A stretch of DNA of 64,000 nt from Planctomycetota bacterium (GCA_016776905.1 JADHSM010000001.1:112691-176690); one strand, 5' to 3'; positions 39,421 to 49,658 are shown, counted from the first letter of the stretch. Notes: a model not told the origin generated them from the sequence alone. Program-made: numbers and translations.

Positions 39421-41210
39421 ATCCACGTACTACGATGATCCTCGCTCTTCTGGCTCTGATTCTGACCACCCTCGCTTTTCGATCGGTCAGAGATTCTCGC
39501 CCAAGCTTCGTTGTTGGAGTTCAGAGACCTCTGAATTTCGCCATTCCTGCAGTGAAGTCTCTTCTCATCGAAAGAGGCGATTCGGAACGGATTGAGATGC
39601 GTTCCTCAGATTCTGAAGGAACGGCATATTGGCAGATCACTCAACCTGTGAGCGATCCAGGTCGCTATGCTCCAATAGAAGATTTGTTGGTCATGCTGCG
39701 TGACGTGGAGTCCTTTGGTGAAGGGCCCGCCGATCTGACTTCAGTGGGATTAGATGCACCTGAAATTTCGGTGACGATTCAAACGGGTTCCAAAAAACAT
39801 ACTCTTCAAATGGGGGCGGATCATGCTTCATTTTCAAGGGTGCATGCCACCATCGATGGCAATTCGGTACTGATCGACCGTGGAATCCGAAACGCTTTAA
39901 GAGATTTTAAACTTTCCGAGATCAGGGAAGATGCGGTCGTGGGTTTGAATCCGGATACGATTATCAAGTGCGTATTGGAGCGACTCGATAAGAAGACTCT
40001 CGAACTGAAACGAGAGGGAGCCTACTGGAAGATGTTGTCTCCTAGAATTTCAGATGCGAATGACACAAGAATAAGTGACTGGCTCGGAAAGTTGAGCCAA
40101 TGGGCAGTGATCGATTTCATCGATGACCCCAGCACTCTTGGAGGTTCTCTCGACAACCCCCGCGCTCAATTAACACTCGAGACTCGTTCAGGTTCTACTA
40201 AGACGATCTCGGTAGGGGCGGTGTACGCCGTAGATGGTCAGGCTTCTGCCGTCGAGGTTCAAACCTCGGACAGAGATGGCGTCTTGATCGTGGCAGGATC
40301 GACTGCTGAGCAGTTGGTGACTTTGAATTCCAACAGTTTGATCAGTCCATACCTCATTCGATTTGACGGACAAACGGTGGAACGTGTGGAATTGAAATCG
40401 GGTCAGTATGGACCTGTGTCCTCTGAGAAAAATCCCACAGGGGGTTGGACCCTCAATTGGGCAGGTGACGGAAACATTCACGCAGCAGATCCCTCTGTCG
40501 TTGGCGATTGGATCAACGCATTGCTTTCTCTACGAGCAGAAACATGGCAGGAAGTGGATACCGGTTCTCTACAAAAGTGGGGGTTTGACAGACCCCTCCT
40601 AGAACTGAGACTGTCGACAGGAATCGACGAGAAAGAAAGATTGCTGATCGGATCAGAGGTCCCGGATCAGGAAGGTGTTCATTACGTATGGAATCCTCGG
40701 GGCCAAGCCTGTGCCATAACACCTGTGCCTTTCCTCGAGGAGATGAGGTCCGCTCCCTTTAGTTTGAGATCGAGACAATTGAGTCGTATTCCCGGCGAGT
40801 TGTTACGTTTCAGGATCACGGTGGCTGGGGGTGTTTCCTTAGATTTGGTACGCCCTCACCAGAATTGGCGGGTGGTATCGAGTGCCGAGTCTTCTGTGAA
40901 GCCAGAGGATTTTCCACAATTGGAGATCTCCGCCATCAGTCAACGAATGGGCAGCTTGCAGGTGGCTCGTTGGTTGGACCCTGGAGACGTTGCTCCTGAT
41001 GAATCCGATTATGAAATCCGTCTCGATTGGCTGCCAGAATCGGGATCGGATCCCGTCAGGACATGCTTCTTGGGTGGACGGACTTCTGAGGGTTGGATCC
41101 GCTGCCGTATGGGGCAGGGGGAGTGGGGGTTTGGATTGGCTCCTGTCTCGGGAATCGACCTTGAGGCATTGACTCTTCAGGTCTATCGTCAACTGACAGA
41201 TCAGCAGTAA
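39417..41210 (+). CDS. DUF4340 repeat protein
   Basis: N-terminal anchor and 3-4 repeats of W....P / GLD.P...L.G. ATGA coupling at 39417. Confidence 0.72.
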   Translation: MNPRTTMILALLALILTTLAFRSVRDSRPSFVVGVQRPLNFAIPAVKSLLIERGDSERIEMRSSDSEGTAYWQITQPVSDPGRYAPIEDLLVMLRDVESFGEGPADLTSVGLDAPEISVTIQTGSKKHTLQMGADHASFSRVHATIDGNSVLIDRGIRNALRDFKLSEIREDAVVGLNPDTIIKCVLERLDKKTLELKREGAYWKMLSPRISDANDTRISDWLGKLSQWAVIDFIDDPSTLGGSLDNPRAQLTLETRSGSTKTISVGAVYAVDGQASAVEVQTSDRDGVLIVAGSTAEQLVTLNSNSLISPYLIRFDGQTVERVELKSGQYGPVSSEKNPTGGWTLNWAGDGNIHAADPSVVGDWINALLSLRAETWQEVDTGSLQKWGFDRPLLELRLSTGIDEKERLLIGSEVPDQEGVHYVWNPRGQACAITPVPFLEEMRSAPFSLRSRQLSRIPGELLRFRITVAGGVSLDLVRPHQNWRVVSSAESSVKPEDFPQLEISAISQRMGSLQVARWLDPGDVAPDESDYEIRLDWLPESGSDPVRTCFLGGRTSEGWIRCRMGQGEWGFGLAPVSGIDLEALTLQVYRQLTDQQ

Positions 41211-41220
41211 AGGAGATACA

Positions 41221-42591
41221 TTGAGATCCTGGAGTCGCCTGCTTTTATTGCTGTTGTTCCTGATCCCGGTCATCTCCATCTGGTGGTATTCCCCTACAGA
41301 TTTGCCTTTCGAAGTGCTGCCTTCCCCGTCTGTGAAGGAATCGGATCCCGTTTTTAATGAAGGTCTTCAGCCGGTCACCCCCGAATCGACTCAAATAGAA
41401 AGACTTTCGAATCCTGAGCCAGAAGTCCCCCAAGGGGAAAAGGAACCCGATCAACCGGTCGAACCGAAGGAAGATTTTGAAATATGGATGAGGGCCCTAG
41501 ATGATCAGGGCACTCCACTCGAAGGAGACATTTCGCTCCCACTCCTATTGGATGGGAATCCCGTCACCATTTCTGCGGGTGGTGGCCAAAGAATCTCCGG
41601 ACGAGAATTAAGAACCTCATACCCTGGAACGGAATCGGTTCTGATTCCTCTGGGTGGAGGAAAATGGACTCTGGATGCGACTCAGCAGGTGAAAACCTTT
41701 GGAGGATTGATCGAAAGTCCCTGGGCTATACTGGGTCGACCCGAGCCAGCTGATCAGCGACCCACCCTCATCGTTTTTGGACGTACACCTTTACCTCCGG
41801 GAAGCCGACTGAGAGCGCAATTGATCGGTGAAGATCGTGTGCTCGATGGTGGAATATTAAAAACTCAGGCGGAGTCAAATATCTGGGTGCTCTCACTGAA
41901 TCCTCGCCAATGGTTTGCGGGACGCCTTTCTCTCCAAATGGCTTGGTCCTGGGAGGCTTCTTCACAGTTTGACCAGGATCGAGTTCTTGAAATTCGAGGA
42001 GGCCAGTCTGAATTGCGAGAGAGCGATTGGGAGTGGAGCGGCTCTGTCATGGTCGACACCGCAAAAGTATTGGCTCAGCAGACTCGTGAGATCAAAGAAT
42101 GGTATCGGGGAGCTCTCGAGGAGGTCGAGGCATCTCGTGATCTTCTTTTAGTGGCGGGGGCAAAGGCGAGAGGCAAGAGAGCCAAACTTGTCAAAGATGA
42201 CGAAAGAATGGGGAAAATGTTACTGCATCCCCTGGCTCCTGAATTGGAAAACTTAGGCCGTAAGAATTCCTTCGATTTCAAAAAGTGGCGTCGTCTGATG
42301 GACGAAGAATTTCCGGCACACTGGAGAGTGTGGTTGGAAAAAGGGGCTATTCCTTATCCGGACAGATATCCGGGCCCAGCAAGGAATGTTCAACTGATGT
42401 TTCATATGCTGAACAAATACAGTCGCCTAGAGAGTACGTTGATCTACTCTTCTTTGGGCAGAGATCGTCATATCAACGATTTTGTCGCTGATTTCGATTG
42501 GGATCCCGTCACGGAACGAACCCAGACTCTTGGAAAACTGCGAAACTTTATAGACTCGATTGACGAAAAAATTCAGCCCTGGAATCCGTAA
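41221..42591 (+). CDS. Hypothetical membrane-anchored protein
   Basis: AAGGAG then TTG start; N-terminal TM segment and Pro/Glu-rich linker. Confidence 0.7.
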   Translation: MRSWSRLLLLLLFLIPVISIWWYSPTDLPFEVLPSPSVKESDPVFNEGLQPVTPESTQIERLSNPEPEVPQGEKEPDQPVEPKEDFEIWMRALDDQGTPLEGDISLPLLLDGNPVTISAGGGQRISGRELRTSYPGTESVLIPLGGGKWTLDATQQVKTFGGLIESPWAILGRPEPADQRPTLIVFGRTPLPPGSRLRAQLIGEDRVLDGGILKTQAESNIWVLSLNPRQWFAGRLSLQMAWSWEASSQFDQDRVLEIRGGQSELRESDWEWSGSVMVDTAKVLAQQTREIKEWYRGALEEVEASRDLLLVAGAKARGKRAKLVKDDERMGKMLLHPLAPELENLGRKNSFDFKKWRRLMDEEFPAHWRVWLEKGAIPYPDRYPGPARNVQLMFHMLNKYSRLESTLIYSSLGRDRHINDFVADFDWDPVTERTQTLGKLRNFIDSIDEKIQPWNP

Positions 42592-42595
42592 GTGA

Positions 42596-43465
42596 TCAAT
42601 CCTGTGGGGGGCTCTTTGGATCTTTAGGAGAGTCCTTCTCCTTCTTCTCTTGCTCTTGCTCTTGCTCTTGCTCTGAAGAATCTTCTTTATCGGAATCCTG
42701 CGGTTGTTTCTGCGGTTCAGCCTTTGGTTGAGGCTTTGAATGAACCCTTTGAATCTCCAATTCGCCCTGACGATATCGTTCCACTTCACCCTTGGGGCCC
42801 GTCCAAATTCTGGCTTCGAAGTCTGGTGAAACGACATGCCATCGGGTGAAGGGTTTCCCGTTCACTTGTTCAGAGCGCTCTTTACTTATTTTTAAAGTGG
42901 TCGTCCGATATTCAGAGGGGATCAGGGCCGAAAAAGTTCTTCGATCTGTTCGCGCCAGCTGGTCACCAATCAGAAGCCAATGTTCAAATGCTTGATTCCC
43001 TAGAAGAACGGTTCCATCAGGGAAGTCGAGCATTCTGTCCACTTGGCCACCTGAGCGAGGTTCCCGAACCACGACACGCACCTGATTTTTCTGAATTTCT
43101 GCAGCGACGATCAAGTCGCTAATACCTCCGGCAACGGCTTCGACCATCAACTGTCTTCGGTAACTGATGGGGGATCTGGCATCTCCTGAGAAAGTTGTCG
43201 TCTGACTCTGATCGATGGCACGTCCCGCACGGTTCCAGGACAATCGGGCACTGATGACCCAATCCTGTCTATCTCCCTCCGAATTTGAGGAAATTTGTAC
43301 ACGGGATTCACCCACAGGATTTCCCGCGTGGACCCAGCGCCAGACTAATGGTTGGTCTGTCACATATGGGAGGGCAGGAATGGGTATTTCGTTACCGGGC
43401 GTGACCGGAGAAGGGTCATCCGCCATAAAGAAAAGAGCGATGATTGTTAAGGAGGTTGAAAACAA
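42596..43465 (-). CDS. Hypothetical exported beta-rich protein with a charged low-complexity tail
   Basis: 289-aa ORF with hydrophobic N-terminus. The EQEQEQEQE tail is encoded by a CTCTTG repeat at 42647-42674. Confidence 0.7.
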   Translation of the reverse strand: MFSTSLTIIALFFMADDPSPVTPGNEIPIPALPYVTDQPLVWRWVHAGNPVGESRVQISSNSEGDRQDWVISARLSWNRAGRAIDQSQTTTFSGDARSPISYRRQLMVEAVAGGISDLIVAAEIQKNQVRVVVREPRSGGQVDRMLDFPDGTVLLGNQAFEHWLLIGDQLARTDRRTFSALIPSEYRTTTLKISKERSEQVNGKPFTRWHVVSPDFEARIWTGPKGEVERYRQGELEIQRVHSKPQPKAEPQKQPQDSDKEDSSEQEQEQEQEKKEKDSPKDPKSPPQD

Positions 43466-43745
43466 CTTTCAATTCCCTTTCATGTCACAAGGTCAAACTT
43501 GTCAAAGAGGACCCGTGCAATTTTGATGCGGTTTGTGGTACGATTACATCTTGGTTGGAGTGAGGACATCTAGCAAGTCACGATGCAACTTTATTCATGG
43601 GTTGTGAATGCTTGAGTATCCAACTTTTTTTGAGATGAAGAAGCCCCCGGGGGGGGGCGTCTCAGTTCAGGATTTCGGGTTATCCCGATACCTGATTCAC
43701 GGGAGTGTCATGACCTCGTAGATAGCGGGGTTATGCGGGAAAGGA

Positions 43746-44765
43746 ATGCTCATGCGCAAGGATTTGTCCTTGATTCGCCGCTTGGAGAAAATCGAGAAGG
43801 AACTGGGATATTGCCAGATCAAACTCGAGAAAGAACATCGCCTTGCTACGCGTGTTCACTTTCTCCGCGCACACAGGGATCAGATGCGTGAAGCTCTTAC
43901 TAGTTACCCTGAGACCGATTCTAACTCGCACAATTCTCTGGGTGGTATTGCCTTCCTTGAGATATCCCGGCGTATGATGGAAGATGAATCATCCTTCTCT
44001 TATGAGGATATTCGACTTTCATTTATTGCTTTGGGAATGCGACCGGAGATTAGCCAGGAACTGGAACTTCTTGATACTGACATCTCGGACACCACCGAGA
44101 AATTGTCAACGTTCCGAGTTTTCCATGACAAGGTTGCAGGCTTGCAGTCGGAGAGAACCCAAGCGTTGAGCAGCTTTATCCTTGAAGAGGGTGAACCTGT
44201 TCTCGAGATTTCAGAAAACTTCGAAGAGACTGAATCACGTTGGAATGTTTTAACCGAAGACTTAACGAACCTCGACGATGCACTCTTCTGTGTTCAGCGA
44301 GCCAATGACTATCTGTCCTCAGCAAGAAACTTTGTTCTGCAGGCCAGAAGCCATTACTCGGTTCAGCAGTGGCTCGAATCGGGATACTTGGTTGATCTTT
44401 TCAAGCACTCATTGATCGGCAGGATCAAGGAGATGCTGGAGGGTGCTGAACGTAATTTGAAAACTGCTCTGGGTGAATTGATCTGTCTCAATGATGAAGA
44501 TTACGACCTGTTTGAGTTCTCAGATTTCGCACCGATTCTTCTGCCCTTCTACAAGCAACTTTTCGGTGACGTTTTCAAGCAGACCAAGTTCCAAGATGTA
44601 TTGTCATTGGTAGAAGAGCGTCTGGATCGCTCCGAGAGACTGCACAAGCGTCTCGAAGAAGCTCGTGAAAACGTTTTTAACAATCAAATGGAGCAAGAAA
44701 GTGCTCGTGAGAATCTGTTCCATCAGATCGGTGAAGAGAGACGTAAATTACGCCTCAGTAGCTGA
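43746..44765 (+). CDS. Hypothetical coiled-coil protein
   Basis: 339-aa E/L/R-rich helical ORF with an AAAGGA RBS. Confidence 0.75.
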   Translation: MLMRKDLSLIRRLEKIEKELGYCQIKLEKEHRLATRVHFLRAHRDQMREALTSYPETDSNSHNSLGGIAFLEISRRMMEDESSFSYEDIRLSFIALGMRPEISQELELLDTDISDTTEKLSTFRVFHDKVAGLQSERTQALSSFILEEGEPVLEISENFEETESRWNVLTEDLTNLDDALFCVQRANDYLSSARNFVLQARSHYSVQQWLESGYLVDLFKHSLIGRIKEMLEGAERNLKTALGELICLNDEDYDLFEFSDFAPILLPFYKQLFGDVFKQTKFQDVLSLVEERLDRSERLHKRLEEARENVFNNQMEQESARENLFHQIGEERRKLRLSS

Positions 44766-44773
44766 AGTCATCA

Positions 44774-45829
44774 TCAGGTGACTGTCCTGTGATGGGGCGG
44801 AGTACCTAGGAGCTGGATGAGACGATCCCTAGCGATCGTCTCATCCAGTGCCAATTTACCGGTGATCAATGCTCGACCATCTCCGAAGCAGGTGATCATT
44901 CCATCTTCTCCTGCCCAGCGGACCGAAAGAGGAGATTCCTTTAAAGCGGTCTCTTCAGAATTCTTTTTCAGCCGCTTTTTAATCTCATCGATTCCGACTT
45001 CGAGCCAGGCCTCTAGAGAACCACTGCCACAAAGTTTTCTCATGGGATAGAGATTTTGATCTAGAGTTGATGTCCAACCCTCCAGCGATGAACACAAGGG
45101 GCAGTCTGGATCGGGATATAGATCCACGAGGACTTCTCCCTCTGATATCGATCCTCGAATAATCTTACGTGAGGCGATCGTTTCATTGGCGGATGTCGTG
45201 GAAGAAGATCTGAGTAATTCCGTCAGTAATCTCATGACAGCAGCGGAGGCGGCCATGCAACTCGCGAGGAGTACGCCCTCTGTTTCACAGGTTCCGAGAT
45301 CGGCTTTGGAAGCCTCTGGAGAAACCCAGCAGTGGTAACAGGGTGAACCCGGAGGAGCAAAACTAGCGGCCACCCAACGATCAGCGATGGCTCCGGAGTG
45401 GATCCAGCCGATTCCGGTTTCAAGGGAGATTTGTTGAATCAAACTCCGAACCCCGATGTGGTCTGTCGCATCGAGAACCAGGTCATGCTTGGGGATCCAT
45501 TTGCGAGCATTCAGGGGTGTCAACATTTCCTGAACGCCGATGAGTTCTGTTCTCCCACCGATTTCTTGAAGTGAATCGATCGCTGCAGTCGTTTTGGGAA
45601 GCCCCGACAGGGCATCTTGTTCTGTGTATAGGACTTGACGGTGCAAATCCGAATCTCTGACTCGGTCCCCATCGATGAGAGTGAGGCGACCGATTCCACT
45701 TCGAACGAGAGCCTGTGCCAGCGGGCAACCCACGCCGCCGATTCCGACGAGCAAGATGGAAGTGTCGGCCCACTTCTGGTCCAAATCATGTCCACCTTGG
45801 ACGCGCTTTTGTCGATCATATCGATCCAT
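44774..45829 (-). CDS. ThiF/MoeB family adenylyltransferase
   Basis: RYDRQ, GIGGVG, D.DRV..SDLHRQ, DATD, PCYHC and CPLC motifs; C-terminal LCG..F.DGRALI domain. Confidence 0.9.
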   Translation of the reverse strand: MDRYDRQKRVQGGHDLDQKWADTSILLVGIGGVGCPLAQALVRSGIGRLTLIDGDRVRDSDLHRQVLYTEQDALSGLPKTTAAIDSLQEIGGRTELIGVQEMLTPLNARKWIPKHDLVLDATDHIGVRSLIQQISLETGIGWIHSGAIADRWVAASFAPPGSPCYHCWVSPEASKADLGTCETEGVLLASCMAASAAVMRLLTELLRSSSTTSANETIASRKIIRGSISEGEVLVDLYPDPDCPLCSSLEGWTSTLDQNLYPMRKLCGSGSLEAWLEVGIDEIKKRLKKNSEETALKESPLSVRWAGEDGMITCFGDGRALITGKLALDETIARDRLIQLLGTPPHHRTVT

Positions 45830-46077
45830 GGGACACCTATTTCTCATTGAGAGAGCCTGAATGGCAAGATTAGCCGAGGCAGATGGGGGACACCAGCACT
45901 CCCGATTCCAAGGAACATCTCATTCGGATTCTTCGGATTCGCCGGTTGCACCGGGACCATGCGGGGTTTGTACTGATTGCTTGATTCGAGTGAAGTTCGA
46001 CTCCGGAGTGGCATTTTGATCATTCAGATGTGGCATCGCCGGATACTGGAATTCAGCAGCGGGGAAGAAGTTTGATC

Positions 46078-46761
46078 ATGAATAGCGATTTCTTTTCTGT
46101 TGTCAGTGGGGCTTTCTCGCCTGCGATTCTCATCTCCTGCCTTATTTCTTACATTGTGGGATCGATTCCATTCACCTATCTCCTCGCTCGCAGTAAAGGC
46201 GTCAATCTTTTGGAGGTTGGGAGTGGGAATCCCGGAGCGACGAATCTTTCGAGAAATTTAGGCAAAAAAATCGGATTTGTCGGACTTGTACTCGATATTG
46301 CCAAAGGGGTGATACCTCTTCTTGTGACAAGGCAGTACTTGATGGGCGCTGAGCTTCCCGTCATGGGAGCGATGCTGGTGGGGGCTTCTGCTGTCGTCGG
46401 TCATTGCTTTTCTCCATTTCTATCCTGGAAAGGTGGAAAAGGAGTGGCGACGACTGTCGGTGTCATTCTGGCCTTCGAACCATGGCTCGCTCTCTTGATG
46501 TTAGCGATCTGGGGTGTGGGGCTGAGCCTTATTCGAAGTGTCGGTATCGCCTCTGTTTTCGCGGCAATTGTGGGAGTGGGATTAGGATTAACCCTCTATC
46601 TCGAACCGAGTGTGTTTCAGCCCATATTGATCAATAGTGGTGAACCTGAACAACAGCGAACCTTGGGTCTTATCCTTATTTTCATTTGTTCCCTCATCGT
46701 GCTGAGACACCGATCAAACATTCGTGAATACCGAGAGTCGCACAAAGGAGCCCTTCAATGA
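46078..46761 (+). CDS. plsY: Glycerol-3-phosphate 1-O-acyltransferase
   Basis: GSIP, GSGNPGATN, DIAKG, GH..KGGKGVAT and RHRSNI motifs. Confidence 0.95.
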   Translation: MNSDFFSVVSGAFSPAILISCLISYIVGSIPFTYLLARSKGVNLLEVGSGNPGATNLSRNLGKKIGFVGLVLDIAKGVIPLLVTRQYLMGAELPVMGAMLVGASAVVGHCFSPFLSWKGGKGVATTVGVILAFEPWLALLMLAIWGVGLSLIRSVGIASVFAAIVGVGLGLTLYLEPSVFQPILINSGEPEQQRTLGLILIFICSLIVLRHRSNIREYRESHKGALQ

Positions 46762-47738
46762 GAGTTCTCATAGCAGGTTCGGGAACATGGGGGACTGCAC
46801 TGGCGCATGTCTTTCGTAGAGCAGGTCTCGATGTCACGATCCAGTGCCGTCGGTCCGAACGGGCAGAAGAATTGCGCTCTGGAGTGCATTCATTTCTTCC
46901 TGATCTACCCCAGGAAGAAGGCTATCAGGTCTGTCTTGCTGGTGAGGATGCTCCTCCTTTAGTGGATTTGGTGATCAGCGCGATTCCGACTCAAAAGATC
47001 AGAGAGTACCTCGAAGGACCCGGTGCGGATCTACCGAGAGACGTTCCCTGGATCTCCGCCTCGAAGGGGCTGGAATGTGAAACTCAAGCCGTTCCGACCC
47101 AGATTCTCCAAGAGTGCGGTGTCTCCTTCCCGCCAGCAGTTCTTTCTGGACCGAGCCATGCCGAGGAAGTTTTGAGAAATCTCCCTACTGCTGTGGTTCT
47201 GGCACATCCGGACGAAGAGTTTCTCTTGAGGGTTCAGAAGTCCCTCAGAACTCCGGAGTTCAGGGTTTACTGGAGCCAGGATCGGGTCGGAGTGGAGTGG
47301 GCCGGAGTCCTGAAAAATGTGATTGCTTTGGGGTGTGGTATTGCGGCCGGACACGGATTCGGTGACAACACAATAGCTGCGATGGTCACTCGAGGGAGTG
47401 CCGAGATTTCACGAATGGGTTGCCGGCTTGGCGGGCAGCGTGAAACCTTCTCGGGGCTTTCCGGAATCGGTGATCTCGTCGTGACATGTTTCAGTGCCCA
47501 TTCTCGAAATCGAGCCGTCGGAGAAGCGATGGGTGCGGGCAATAATGTGAAGGATGTTCTGGCTGAGATGGAGCAAGTGGCAGAAGGCGTACACACATGT
47601 GGGGCCGCCTACGAGTTGAGTCAATCGCTGGATGTGGAAATGCCGATCACTGAAGCCGTCGCCAAAGTTTTAAGTGGCGATTATTCAGTGGAAGAATGTG
47701 TTAACGAATTACTTTTGAGAGTACCTGACCAAGAATGA
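46758..47738 (+). CDS. gpsA: NAD(P)H-dependent glycerol-3-phosphate dehydrogenase
   Basis: GSGTWGTALA, SKGLE, LSGPSHAEE, KNVIA, GLSGIGDLVVTC, SRNR, VAEGV. Confidence 0.96.
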   Translation: MRVLIAGSGTWGTALAHVFRRAGLDVTIQCRRSERAEELRSGVHSFLPDLPQEEGYQVCLAGEDAPPLVDLVISAIPTQKIREYLEGPGADLPRDVPWISASKGLECETQAVPTQILQECGVSFPPAVLSGPSHAEEVLRNLPTAVVLAHPDEEFLLRVQKSLRTPEFRVYWSQDRVGVEWAGVLKNVIALGCGIAAGHGFGDNTIAAMVTRGSAEISRMGCRLGGQRETFSGLSGIGDLVVTCFSAHSRNRAVGEAMGAGNNVKDVLAEMEQVAEGVHTCGAAYELSQSLDVEMPITEAVAKVLSGDYSVEECVNELLLRVPDQE

Positions 47739-48052
47739 AGGGGACCGCAATGTACTGGGTCGTAGCCGTCATATCTGTCAGGGCACTGGATGTTCTTCGA
47801 GAGCGTTTTGCGACAGAAGGCATCGTGCGGTTTACCGCTGCAGAGGTTGAGGTTTTTGAACCGGATTCCGATGCAGTAACAGGGAAGCATGCGATGCGTA
47901 TTGAGGTAGCAGTGAATGAAGAGTTTCTTGAACCGACATTAAAGGTTTTAGAGAAACTGGGATCCGAAGGACACGATGTTTCAGTGCATGTTGGATCTAT
48001 TGCTGATGCGCGAAGAATAAGGACAGGAGAATCCGGGCCGGAAGCGATTTAG
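47735..48052 (+). CDS. Divergent P-II family protein
   Basis: VAVI...LD.LRE.F...GI..FT..EV, IEVAV and C-terminal RIRTGE..EAI; lies directly before glnA. Alternative start at 47750. Confidence 0.82.
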   Translation: MKGTAMYWVVAVISVRALDVLRERFATEGIVRFTAAEVEVFEPDSDAVTGKHAMRIEVAVNEEFLEPTLKVLEKLGSEGHDVSVHVGSIADARRIRTGESGPEAI

Positions 48053-48115
48053 GTCTTTGATAGATGGACCCCGCTCAACGGTCGTGTGATTTGTGATTTG
48101 TGATTTTGAAATTTG

Positions 48116-48197
48116 ATTTTGTTCCTTTGGGGTCTGTTGCCCATATCAAAAAGGACAGAAGTATATCGGCTCTGGGGGGGCCAAGGCGAAGGGAGTG
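48116..48197 (+). promoter_or_regulatory. Structured glnA leader, possibly riboswitch-like
   Basis: Stem TCCTTT/AAAGGA, then GAAGTA, hairpin GGCTC/GGGCC and CGAAGGGAG overlapping the RBS. Confidence 0.3.
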
Positions 48198-48200
48198 GCA

Positions 48201-49613
48201 GTGACGGTTAATGAAATTCTGGAACTCGTCCGGAACAAGGGGATTGAAGCGGTGGATTTCCGCTTCATGGATTTCCCTGGATTATGGCAACATTTCACGA
48301 TTCCAGCTAACGGGCTGGATGAGGACACATTCACCGACGGGTTGGGCTTCGACGGCTCAAGTATGCGGGGTTGGAAGGGGATTGAGGAAAGCGACATGCT
48401 GGTCGTTCCTGATCCCTCTACGGCATGGATTGATCCATTTCCGAAGATGAAGACCCTTGTGCTTGTCTGTGACATCAAGGATCCGATTACCCACGAATCT
48501 TACGCCCGAGATCCCCGAAACATTGCACGCAAGGCGGAAGCCTACCTGCAAAACTCAGGGCTTGGTGATCAGGCATTCTTTGGACCTGAGGCGGAGTTCT
48601 TCATTTTTGATGACATCCGTTTTGATCAAAATGAACACTGTGGTTTCTACTATCTCGACAGTGTTGAGGGACGTTGGAACAGTGGTCGAGATGAAGGACC
48701 CAATCTGGGTTACAAGCCTCGCTACAAAGAAGGTTACTTCCCCGTTCCGCCGACTGATAAGCACAACGACTTGCGCAATGAAATGATGAAAAATCTCATG
48801 GATTGCGGACTCGAAATCGAATGTCAGCATCACGAAGTGGCCACCGCTGGACAAGCAGAGATCGACATCAAGTACAACACGTTGCTGAAGGCTGCGGATG
48901 ACTTGATGGCATACAAGTACATTGTCAAAAACACTGCGCACCAAAATGGTAAAACTGTCACATTTATGCCCAAGCCGGTTTGGAATGACAACGGTAGTGG
49001 TATGCACATGCACCTATCTATTTGGAAGAATGGTGCGAATCAGTTTGCCGGTGACCGCTATGCCGGTATGAGCGAGATGGCTCTTCATGCCATCGGTGGA
49101 ATCCTTCAACATGCTCCCGCATTGGTGGCATTGACGAATCCCACAACCAACTCATACAAGCGACTTGTTCCGGGTTTTGAAGCTCCAACAAGGTTGGCAT
49201 ACTCTTCAAGAAATCGTTCTGCAGCGGTAAGAATTCCAGTGGGGACTTCGAATCCTAAGGCTCGCCGATTCGAGTTTCGTTGTCCGGATCCTTCTTGTAA
49301 TCCGTATTTGGCCTTCTCAGCACTGTTGATGGCTGCGATGGATGGAATCAAGAACAAGATCGATCCAGGTCTACCCTTCGATAAAGATCTGTACGATCTT
49401 CCGGCAGAACAACTCGCCGAAGTTCCAAGCACTCCGGCTTCTCTCGAAGAGGCCCTTGATTGTCTAGAGAAGGATCATGAGTTCCTGTTGGCAGGAGACG
49501 TCTTCTCTGCAGATGCCGTGTCCTCGTGGATCAGATACAAGCGGGAACGGGAAGTGGATCAGTTACGTCTGCGTCCACACCCCTATGAGTTTGCACTCTA
49601 CTACGACATCTAG
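48201..49613 (+). CDS. glnA: Glutamine synthetase type I
   Basis: [42 protein letters not shown] and adenylylation loop DKDLYDL. Start GTG 48201 after AAGGGAG (ORF track gives 48195). Confidence 0.98.
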   Translation: MTVNEILELVRNKGIEAVDFRFMDFPGLWQHFTIPANGLDEDTFTDGLGFDGSSMRGWKGIEESDMLVVPDPSTAWIDPFPKMKTLVLVCDIKDPITHESYARDPRNIARKAEAYLQNSGLGDQAFFGPEAEFFIFDDIRFDQNEHCGFYYLDSVEGRWNSGRDEGPNLGYKPRYKEGYFPVPPTDKHNDLRNEMMKNLMDCGLEIECQHHEVATAGQAEIDIKYNTLLKAADDLMAYKYIVKNTAHQNGKTVTFMPKPVWNDNGSGMHMHLSIWKNGANQFAGDRYAGMSEMALHAIGGILQHAPALVALTNPTTNSYKRLVPGFEAPTRLAYSSRNRSAAVRIPVGTSNPKARRFEFRCPDPSCNPYLAFSALLMAAMDGIKNKIDPGLPFDKDLYDLPAEQLAEVPSTPASLEEALDCLEKDHEFLLAGDVFSADAVSSWIRYKREREVDQLRLRPHPYEFALYYDI

Positions 49614-49626
49614 CCTACCGGGTCAG

Positions 49627-49658
49627 CCGGCGGACAGGCATGATCGCCTGTCCGCCGG
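49627..49658 (+). terminator. 13-bp perfect hairpin after glnA, without a U-tract
   Basis: CCGGCGGACAGGC atgatc GCCTGTCCGCCGG. Confidence 0.6.

Noticed and set aside
42647-42674. CTCTTG hexamer repeat as a phase-variation tract
   Set aside because: In-frame 6-bp unit in a disordered EQ tail; length changes would not shift the frame.
44774-45829. ThiF protein as a ubiquitin-like defence or RiPP E1
   Set aside because: No E2, JAB, CD-NTase or precursor gene nearby; the architecture fits housekeeping MoeB/ThiF.
45985-46015. GTTCGACTCC resembling a tRNA T-loop
   Set aside because: Flanks do not form a T-stem, and no acceptor, D or anticodon arms can be built.
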